64,000 nucleotides of DNA from the NCBI GenBank assembly GCA_964016885.1, contig OZ024744.1:20522001-20586000 (forward strand). The letters run 5' to 3'. Each line of letters starts with the position of its first letter. Position 1 is the stretch's first letter. The stretch comes from Eledone cirrhosa (taxonomy: Eukaryota). The notes beneath the pieces are model-generated. The model ran no database searches. It was not told the DNA's origin and saw only the letters and a program-made list of their open reading frames with translations. This document shows, one piece after another, positions 1-10,690 of this stretch. The translations under genes were made by a program, and so were the position numbers.

Positions 1-1020
1 GTTCAAACTTAAGAAATGACTCGTTTTAACAACAGTTGAATCTTATGAACTGACTCATTTTAACAAAAGTTGAATCTTAAGAACTGACTCGTTTTAACCA
101 CAGCTGAATCTTAAGATAAAACTCGTTTTATTAACAGTTGAATCTTAAGAACTGACTCGTTTTAACAACAGCTGAATCTTAAGATAAAACTCGTTTTATC
201 AACAGTTGAATCTTAAGATAAAACTCGTTTTAACAACAGTTGAATCTTAAGAACTGACTCGTTTTAACAACAGTTGAATCTTAAGATAAAACTCGTTTGA
301 ACAACAGTTGAATCTTATGAACTAACTAATTTTTACAACAGTTGAATCTTAAGTTAAGACTCGTTTTAACAACAGTTGAATCTTAAGAACTGACTCGTTT
401 TAACAACAGCTGCATCTTAAGATAAAACTCGTTTTAACAACAGTTGAATCTTAAAGATAAAACTCGCTTTAACAACAGTTGAATCTTAAGAACTGACTCG
501 TTTTAACAACAATTGAATCTTAAGACAAAACCCGTTTTAACAACAGTTGAATCTTAAGAACTGTCTCGTTTTAACAACAGTTGAATCTTAAGATAAACCT
601 CGTTTTAACAACAGTTTAATCTTAAGAACTGACTCGTTTTAACAACAGTTGAATCTTAAGACAAAACTCGTTTTAACAACAGTTGAATCTTAAGAACTGA
701 CTTGTTCTAACAACAGTTCAGCCTTAAGAACTGACTCGTTTTAAAACAGTTGAATCGTTAGAACTGACTCGTTTTAACAACAGTTGAATCTTAAAATAAA
801 ACTCGTTTTAACAATAGTTGAATCTCAAGAACTGACTCGTTTAAGCAACAGTTTAATCTTAAGATAAACCTCGTTTTAACAACAGTTGATTCTTAAGAAC
901 CGACTCGTTTCAACAACAGTTAAATCTAAATAACTGACTCGTTTTAACAACAGTTGAATGTTAAGATAAAACTCGTTTTAACAATAGTTGAATCTTAAGA
1001 AGTGACTCGTTTTAACAACA

Positions 1021-1088
1021 GTTGAATCTTAAGAACTGACTCGTTTTAACAACAGTTGAATCTTAAGATAAAACTCGTTTTAACAACA
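1021..1088 (+). repeat. Representative 68-bp A/B heterodimer unit
   Basis: 1021-1054 is type A (AAGAACTGAC) and 1055-1088 is type B (AAGATAAAAC). A/B alternation dominates the window, with occasional AA, AAA or BB runs. Confidence 0.95.
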
Positions 1089-1326
1089 GTTGAATCTTAA
1101 GAACTGACTCGTTTTAACAACAGCTGAATCTTAAGATAAACCTCGTTTTAACAACAGTTGATTCTTAAGAACCGACTCGTTTCAACAACAGTTAAATCTA
1201 AATAACTGACTCGTTTTAACAACAGTTGAATGTTAAGATAAAACTCGTTTTAACAATAGTTGAATCTTAAGAACTGACTCGTTTTAACAGCAGTTGAATC
1301 TTAAGATAAAACTCGTTTTAACAACT

Positions 1327-4300
1327 GTTGAATCTTAAGAACTGACTCGTTTTAACAACAGCTGAATCTTAAGATAAAACTCGTTTTAACAACAGTTGAA
1401 TCTTAAGAACTGACTCGTTTTAACAACAGTTGAATCTTCAAATAAAACTCGTTTTAACAACAGTTGAATCTTAAGAACTGACTCGTTTTAACAACAGTTG
1501 AATGTTAAGATAAAACTCGTTATAACAATAGTTGAATCTTAAGAACTGACTCGTTTTAACAACAGTTGAATCTTAAGATAAAACTCGTTTTAACAACAGT
1601 TGAATCTTAAGAACTGACTCGTTTTAACAACAGCTGAATCTTAAGATAAAACTCGTTTTAACAACAGTTGAATCCTAAGAACTGACTTGTTTTATCAACA
1701 GTTAAACCGTAAGAACTGACTCGTTTTAACAACAGTTGAATGTTCAAATAAAACTCGTTTTAACAACAGTTGAATCTTAAGATAAAACTCGTTTTAACAA
1801 CAGTTGAATCTTAAGAACTGACTCGTTTTAACAACAGCTGAATCTTAAGATAAAACTCGTTTTAACAACAGTTCAAACTTAAGAAATGACTCGTTTTAAC
1901 AACAGTTGAATCTTATGAACTGACTCATTTTAACAACAGTTGAATCTTAAGAACTGATTCGTTTTAACAACAGTTGAATCTTAAGATAAAACTCGTTTTA
2001 ACAACAGTTGAATCTTATGAACTAACTCATTTTAACAACAGTTGAATCTTAAGTTAAGACTCGTTTTAACAACAGTTGAATCTTAAGAACTGACTCGTTT
2101 TAACGACAGCTGTATCTTAAGATAAAACTCGTTTTAACAACAGTTGAATCTTAAAGATAAAACTCGCTTTAACAACAGTTGAATCTTAAGAACTGACTCG
2201 TTTTAACAACAGTTGAATCTTAAGACAAAACCCGTTTTAACAACAGTTGAATCTTAAGAACTGTCTTGTTTTAACAACAGTTGAATCTTAAGATAAACCT
2301 CGTTTTAACAACAGTTTAATCTTAAGAACTGACTCGTTTTAACAACAGTTGATTCTTAAGACAAAACTCGTTTTAACAACAGTTGAATCTTAAGAACTGA
2401 CTTGTTCTAACAACAGTTCAGCCTTAAGAACTGACTCGTTTTAAAACAGTTGAATCGTTAGAACTGACTCGTTTTAACAACAGTTGAATCTTAAAATAAA
2501 ACTCGTTTTAACAATAGTTGAATCTCAAGAACTGACTCGTTTTAGCAACAGTTGAATCTTAAGATAACACTCGTTTTCATAACAGTTGAATCTTAAGAAC
2601 TGTCTCGTTTTAACAACAGTTGAATCTTAAGATAAACCTCGTTTTAACAACAGTTGAATCTTAAGAACTGACTCGTTTTAACAACAGTTAAATCTTAATA
2701 ACTGACTCGTTTTAACAACAGTTGAATGTTAAGATAAAACTCGTTTTAACAATAGTTGAATCTTAAGAACTGACTCGTTTTAACAACAGTTGAATCTTAA
2801 GATAAAACTCGTTTCAACAACTGTTGAATCTTAAGAACTGACTCGTTTTAACAACAGCTGAATCTTAAGATAAAACTCGTTTTAACAACAGTTGAATCTT
2901 AAGAACTGACTCGTTTTAACAACAGTTGAATCTTATGAACTGACTCATTTTAACAAAAGTTGAATCTTAAGAACTGATTCGTTTTAACAACAGTTGAATC
3001 TTAAGATAAAACTCGTTTTAACAACAGTTGAATCTTAAGAACTGACTCGTTTTAACCACAGCTGAATCTTAAGATAAAACTCGTTTTATTAACAGTTGAA
3101 TCTTAAGAACTGACTCGTTTTAACAACAGCTGAATCTTAAGATAAAACTCGTTTTAACAACAGTTGAATCTTAAGATAAAACTCGTTTTAACAACAGTTG
3201 AATCTTAAGAACTGACTCGTTTTAACAACAGTTGAATCTTAAGATAAAACTCGTTTGAACAACAGTTGAATCTTATGAACTAACTAATTTTTACAACAGT
3301 TGAATCTTAAGTTAAGACTCGTTTTAACAACAGTTGAATCTTAAGAATTGACTCGTTTTAACAACAGCTGCATCTTAAGATAAAACTCGTTTTAACAACA
3401 GTTGAATCTTAAAGATAAAACTCGCTTTAACAACAGTTGAATCTTAAGAACTGACTCGTTTTAACAACAATTGAATCTTAAGACAAAACCCGTTTTAACA
3501 ACATTTGAATCTTAAGAACTGTCTCGTTTTAACAACAGTTGAATCTTAAGATCAACCTCGTTTTAACAACAGTTTAATCTTATGAACTGACTCGTTTTAA
3601 CAACAGTTGAATCTTAAGACAAAACTCGTTTTAACAACAGTTGAATCTTAAGAACTGACTTGTTCTAACAACAGTTCAGCCTTAGGAACTGACTCGTTTT
3701 AAAACAGTTGAATCGTTAGAACTGACTCGTTTTAACAACAGTTGAATCTTAAAATAAAACTCGTTTTAACAATAGTTGAATCTCAAGATGTGACTCGTTT
3801 TAGCAACAGTTGAATCTTAAGATAAACCTCGTTTTAACAACAGTTGATTCTTAAGAACCGACTCGTTTCAACAACAGTTAAATCTAAATAACTGACTCGT
3901 TTTAACAACAGTTGAATGTTAAGATAAAACTCGTTTTAACAATAGTTGAATCTTAAGAACTGACTCGTTTTAACAACAGTTGAATCTTAAGATAAAACTC
4001 GTTTTCACAACTGTTGAATCTTAAGAACTGACTCGTTTTAACAACAGCTGAATCTTAAGATAAAACTCGTTTTAACAACAGTTGACTCTTAAGAACTGAC
4101 TCGTTTTAACAACAGTTGAATCTTCAAATAAAACTCGTTTTAACAACAGTTGAATCTTAAGAACTGACTCGTTTTAACAACAGTTGAATGTTAAGATAAA
4201 ACTCGTTATAACAATAGTTGAATCTTAAGAACTGACTCGTTTTAACAACAGTTGAATCTTAAGATAAAACTCGTTTTAACAACAGTTGAATCTTAAGAAC

Positions 4301-7300
4301 TGACTCGTTTTAACAACAGCTGAATCTTAAGATAAACCTCGTTTTAACAACAGTTGATTCTTAAGAACCGACTCGTTTCAACAACAGTTAAATCTAAATA
4401 ACTGACTCGTTTTAACAACAGTTGAATGTTAAGATAAAACTCGTTTTAACAATAGTTGAATCTTAAGAACTGACTCGTTTTAACAACAGTTGAATCTTAA
4501 GATAAAACTCGTTTTAACAACTGTTGAATCTTAAGAACTGACTCGTTTTAACAACAGCTTAATCTTAAGATAAAACTCGTTTTAACAACAGTTGAATCTT
4601 AAGAACTGACTCGTTTTAACAACAGTTGAATGTTCAAATAAATCTCGTTTTAACAACAGTTGAATCTTAAGAACTGACTCGTTTTAACAACAGTTGAATC
4701 TTAAGAACTGACTCGTTTTAACAACAGTTAAATCTTAATCACTGACTCGTTTTAACAACAGTTGAATATTTAGATAAAACTCGTTTTAACAACAGTTGAA
4801 TCTTAAGAACTGACTCGTTTTAACAACAGCTGAATCTTAAGATAAAACTCGTTTTAACAACAGTTGAATCTTAAGAACTGACTCGTTTTAACAACAGTTG
4901 AATCTTCAAATAAAACTCGTTTTAACAACAGTTGAATCTTAAGAACTGACTCGTTTTAACAACAGTTGAATGTTAAGATAAAACTCGTTATAACAATAGT
5001 TGAATCTTAAGAACTGACTCGTTTTAACAACAGTTGAATCTTAAGATAAAACTCGTTTTAACAACAGTTGAATCTTAAGAACTGACTCGTTTTAACAACA
5101 GCTGAATCTTAAGATAAAACTCGTTTTAACAACAGTTGAATCCTAAGAACTGACTGGTTTTATCAACAGTTAAACCGTAAGAACTGACTCGTTTTAACAA
5201 CAGTTGAATGTTCAAATAAAACTCGTTTTAACAACAGTTGAATCTTAAGATAAAACTCGTTTTAACAACAGTTGAATCTTAAGAACTGACTCGTTTTAAC
5301 AACAGCTGAATCTTAAGATAAAACTCGTTTTAACAACAGTTCAAACTTAAGAAATGACTCGTTTTAACAACAGTTGAATCTTATGAACTGACTCATTTTA
5401 ACAACAGTTGAATCTTAAGAACTGATTCGTTTTAACAACAGTTGAATCTTAAGATAAAACTCGTTTTAACAACAGTTGAATCTTATGAACTAACTCATTT
5501 TAACAACAGTTGAATCTTAAGTTAAGACTCGTTTTAACAACAGTTGAATCTTAAGAACTGACTCGTTTTAACGACAGCTGTATCTTAAGATAAAACTCGT
5601 TTTAACAACAGTTGAATCTTAAAGATAAAACTCGCTTTAACAACAGTTGAATCTTAAGAACTGACTCGTTTTAACAACAGTTGAATCTTAAGACAAAACC
5701 CGTTTTAACAACAGTTGAATCTTAAGAACTGTCTTGTTTTAACAACAGTTGAATCTTAAGATAAACCTCGTTTTAACAACAGTTTAATCTTAAGAACTGA
5801 CTCGTTTTAACAACAGTTGATTCTTAAGACAAAACTCGTTTTAACAACAGTTGAATCTTAAGAACTGACTTGTTCTAACAACAGTTCAGCCTTAAGAACT
5901 GACTCGTTTTAAAACAGTTGAATCGTTAGAACTGACTCGTTTTAACAACAGTTGAATCTTAAAATAAAACTCGTTTTAACAATAGTTGAATCTCAAGAAC
6001 TGACTCGTTTTAGCAACAGTTGAATCTTAAGATAACACTCGTTTTCATAACAGTTGAATCTTAAGAACTGTCTCGTTTTAACAACAGTTGAATCTTAAGA
6101 TAAACCTCGTTTTAACAACAGTTGAATCTTAAGAACTGACTCGTTTTAACAACAGTTAAATCTTAATAACTGACTCGTTTTAACAACAGTTGAATGTTAA
6201 GATAAAACTCGTTTTAACAATAGTTGAATCTTAAGAACTGACTCGTTTTAACAACAGTTGAATCTTAAGATAAAACTCGTTTCAACAACTGTTGAATCTT
6301 AAGAACTGACTCGTTTTAACAACAGCTGAATCTTAAGATAAAACTCGTTTTAACAACAGTTGAATCTTAAGAACTGACTCGTTTTAACAACAGTTGAATC
6401 TTATGAACTGACTCATTTTAACAAAAGTTGAATCTTAAGAACTGATTCGTTTTAACAACAGTTGAATCTTAAGATAAAACTCGTTTTAACAACAGTTGAA
6501 TCTTAAGAACTGACTCGTTTTAACCACAGCTGAATCTTAAGATAAAACTCGTTTTATTAACAGTTGAATCTTAAGAACTGACTCGTTTTAACAACAGCTG
6601 AATCTTAAGATAAAACTCGTTTTAACAACAGTTGAATCTTAAGATAAAACTCGTTTTAACAACAGTTGAATCTTAAGAACTGACTCGTTTTAACAACAGT
6701 TGAATCTTAAGATAAAACTCGTTTGAACAACAGTTGAATCTTATGAACTAACTAATTTTTACAACAGTTGAATCTTAAGTTAAGACTCGTTTTAACAACA
6801 GTTGAATCTTAAGAATTGACTCGTTTTAACAACAGCTGCATCTTAAGATAAAACTCGTTTTAACAACAGTTGAATCTTAAAGATAAAACTCGCTTTAACA
6901 ACAGTTGAATCTTAAGAACTGACTCGTTTTAACAACAATTGAATCTTAAGACAAAACCCGTTTTAACAACATTTGAATCTTAAGAACTGTCTCGTTTTAA
7001 CAACAGTTGAATCTTAAGATCAACCTCGTTTTAACAACAGTTTAATCTTATGAACTGACTCGTTTTAACAACAGTTGAATCTTAAGACAAAACTCGTTTT
7101 AACAACAGTTGAATCTTAAGAACTGACTTGTTCTAACAACAGTTCAGCCTTAGGAACTGACTCGTTTTAAAACAGTTGAATCGTTAGAACTGACTCGTTT
7201 TAACAACAGTTGAATCTTAAAATAAAACTCGTTTTAACAATAGTTGAATCTCAAGAACTGACTCGTTTTAGCAACAGTTGAATCTTAAGATAAACCTCGT

Positions 7301-8365
7301 TTTAACAACAGTTGATTCTTAAGAACCGACTCGTTTCAACAACAGTTAAATCTAAATAACTGACTCGTTTTAACAACAGTTGAATGTTAAGATAAAACTC
7401 GTTTTAACAATAGTTGAATCTTAAGAACTGACTCGTTTTAACAACAGTTGAATCTTAAGATAAAACTCGTTTTCACAACTGTTGAATCTTAAGAACTGAC
7501 TCGTTTTAACAACAGCTGAATCTTAAGATAAAACTCGTTTTAACAACAGTTGACTCTTAAGAACTGACTCGTTTTAACAACAGTTGAATCTTCAAATAAA
7601 ACTCGTTTTAACAACAGTTGAATCTTAAGAACTGACTCGTTTTAACAACAGTTGAATGTTAAGATAAAACTCGTTATAACAATAGTTGAATCTTAAGAAC
7701 TGACTCGTTTTAACAACAGTTGAATCTTAAGATAAAACTCGTTTTAACAACAGTTGAATCTTAAGAACTGACTCGTTTTAACAACAGCTGAATCTTAAGA
7801 TAAACCTCGTTTTAACAACAGTTGATTCTTAAGAACCGACTCGTTTCAACAACAGTTAAATCTAAATAACTGACTCGTTTTAACAACAGTTGAATGTTAA
7901 GATAAAACTCGTTTTAACAATAGTTGAATCTTAAGAACTGACTCGTTTTAACAACAGTTGAATCTTAAGATAAAACTCGTTTTAACAACTGTTGAATCTT
8001 AAGAACTGACTCGTTTTAACAACAGCTTAATCTTAAGATAAAACTCGTTTTAACAACAGTTGAATCTTAAGAACTGACTCGTTTTAACAACAGTTGAATG
8101 TTCAAATAAATCTCGTTTTAACAACAGTTGAATCTTAAGAACTGACTCGTTTTAACAACAGTTGAATCTTAAGAACTGACTCGTTTTAACAACAGTTAAA
8201 TCTTAATCACTGACTCGTTTTAACAACAGTTGAATATTTAGATAAAACTCGTTTTAACAACAGTTGAATCTTAAGAACTGACTCGTTTTAACAACAGCTG
8301 AATCTTAAGATAAAACTCGTTTTAACAACAGTTGAATCTTAAGAACTGACTCGTTTTAACAACAG
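1327..8365 (+). repeat. Recent tandem duplication, period 3,468 bp (102 monomers)
   Basis: Markers pair at offset 3468: GCC 2421/5889, GCCTTAGG 3679/7147, GAATATTTAG 4764/8232. I noticed only two differing sites (~1687 vs ~5155; ~3788 vs ~7256). Confidence 0.9.
2007..2652 (+). repeat. Representative ~19-monomer ordered variant cassette (core of a higher-order repeat)
   Basis: Fixed order of diagnostic variants: TTATGAACTAAC, AAGTTAAGAC, CAGCTG, TTAAAGATAAAACTCGC(+1), GACAAAACCCG, AACTGTC, GATAAACC, GTTTAATC, GACAAAAC, CTTGTTCT, GTTCAGCC...TTTTAAAACAG(-1), GAATCGTTAG, AAAATAAAAC..AATAG, CTCAAG..TTAGC, GATAACAC..TTCAT. The GTTCAGCC marker was counted 32 times in the window. Confidence 0.93.
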
Positions 8366-10690
8366 CTGAATCTTAAGATAAAACTCGTTTTAACAACAGT
8401 TGAATCTTAAGATAAAACTCGTTTTAACAACAGTTGAATCTTAAGAACTGACTCGTTTTAATAACAGTTGAATCTTCAAATAAAACTCGTTTTAACAACA
8501 GTTGAACATTAAGAACTGACTCGTTTTAACAACAGTTAAATGTTAAGATTAAACTCGTTTTAACAATAGTTGAATCTTAAGAACTGACTCGTTTTAACAA
8601 CAGTTGAATCTTAAGATAAAACTCGTTTTAACAACAGTTGAATCTTAAGAACTGACTCGTTTTAACAACAGCTGAATCTTAAGATAACACTCGTTTTAAC
8701 AACAGTTGAACATTAAGAACTGACTCGTTTTAACAACAGTTAAATGTTAAGATTAAACTCGTTTTAACAATAGTTGAATCTTAAGAAATGACTCGTTTTA
8801 ACAACAGTTGAATCTTAAGATAAAACTCGTTTTAACAACAGTTGAATCTTAAGAACTGACTTGTTTTATCAACAGTTCAACCGTAAGAACTGACTCGTTT
8901 TAACAACAGTTGAATGTTCAAATAAAACTCGTTTTAACAACAGTTGAATCTTAATAACTGACTCGTTTTAACAACAGTTGAATCTTAAGAACTGACTCGT
9001 TTTAACAACAGTTAAATCTTAATAACTGACTCGTTTTAACAACAGTTGAATATTTAGATAAAACTCGTTTTAACAACAGTTGAATCTTAAAAACTGACTC
9101 GTTTTAACAACAGTTGAATGTTAAGATAAAACTCGTTTTAACAATAGTTGAATCTTAAGAACTGACTCGTTTTAACAACAGTTGAATCTTAAGAACTGAC
9201 TCGTTTTAACAACAGTTGAATCTTAAGATAAAACTCGTTTTAACAACAGTTGAATCTTAAGAACTGACTCGTTTTAACAACAGATGAATCTTAAGATAAA
9301 ACTCGTTTTAACAACAGTTGAATCTTAAGAACTGACTTGTTTTATCAACAGTTCAACCGCACGAACTGACTCGTTTTAACAACAGTTGAATCTTCAAATA
9401 AAACTCGTTTTAACAACAGTTGAATCTTAAGAAATGACTCGTTTTAACAACAGTTGAATCTTAAGATAAAACTCGTTTTAACAACAGTTGAATCTTAAGA
9501 ACTGACTCGTTTTAACAACTGCTGAATCTTAAGATAAAACTCGTTTTAACAACAGTTGAATCTTAAGAACTGACTTGTTTTATCAACAGTTCAACCGTAA
9601 GAACTGACTCGTTTTAACAACAGTTGAATCTTCAAATAAAACTCGTTTTAACAACAGTTGAATCTTAAGAACTGACTCGTTTTAACAACAGTTGAATCTT
9701 AAGAACTGACTCGTTTTAACAACAGTTGAATCTTAAGAACTGACTCGTTTTAACAACAGTTAAATCTTAATAACTGACTCGTTTTAACAACAGTTGAATG
9801 TTAAGATAAAACTCGTTTTAACAACAGTTGAATCTTAAGAACTGACTCGTTTTAACAACAGCTGAATCTTAATATAAAACTCGTTTTAACAACAGTTGAA
9901 TCTTAAGAACTGACTCGTTTTAACAACAGCTGAATCTTCAAATAAAACTCGTTTTAACAACAGTTGAATCTTAAGAACTGACTCGTTTTAACAACAGTTG
10001 AATCTTTAGATAACATTCGTTTTAACAACAGTTGAATCTTAAGAACTGATTCTTTTTAACAACAGTTGAATCTTAAGATAAAACTCGTTTTAACAACAGT
10101 TGAATCTTAAGAACTGACTCGTTTTAACAACAGCTGAATCTTAAGATAAAACTCGTTTTAACAACAGTTGAATCTTAAGAACTGACTCGTTTTATCAACA
10201 GTTCAACCTTAAGAACTGATTCGTTTTAACAACAGTTGAATCTTAAGAACTGACTCGTTTTAACAACAGTTGAATCTTAAGGACTGACTCGTTTTAACAA
10301 CAGTTGAATCTTATGAACTGACTCATTTTAACAACAATTGAATCTGAAGATAACATTCGTTTTAACAACAGTTGAATCTTAAGAACTGACTCGTTTTATC
10401 AACAGTTCAACCTTAAGAAGTAACTCGTTTTAACAACAGTTGAATCATCAAATCAAACTCGTTCTAACAACAGTTGAATCTTAAGAACTGACTCGTTGTA
10501 ACAACAGTTGAATCTTAAGATAAAACTCGTTTTAACAACAGTTGAATCTTAAGAACTGACTCATTTTAACAACAGTTGAATCTTAAGATAAAACTCGTTT
10601 TAACAACAGTTGAATCTTAAGAACTGACTCGTTTTAACAAAATCTGAATCTTAAGATAAAACTCGTTTTAACAACAGTTGAATCCTAAGA

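Noticed and set aside
51-57. Transcription-factor motifs: AP-1 TGACTCA, E-box CAGCTG/CAGTTG, Myb-like CAACTG on the minus strand
   Set aside because: These are 6-7 bp matches expected by chance and multiplied by tandem amplification. TGACTCA is simply the CpG-decay product. No gene context supports function.
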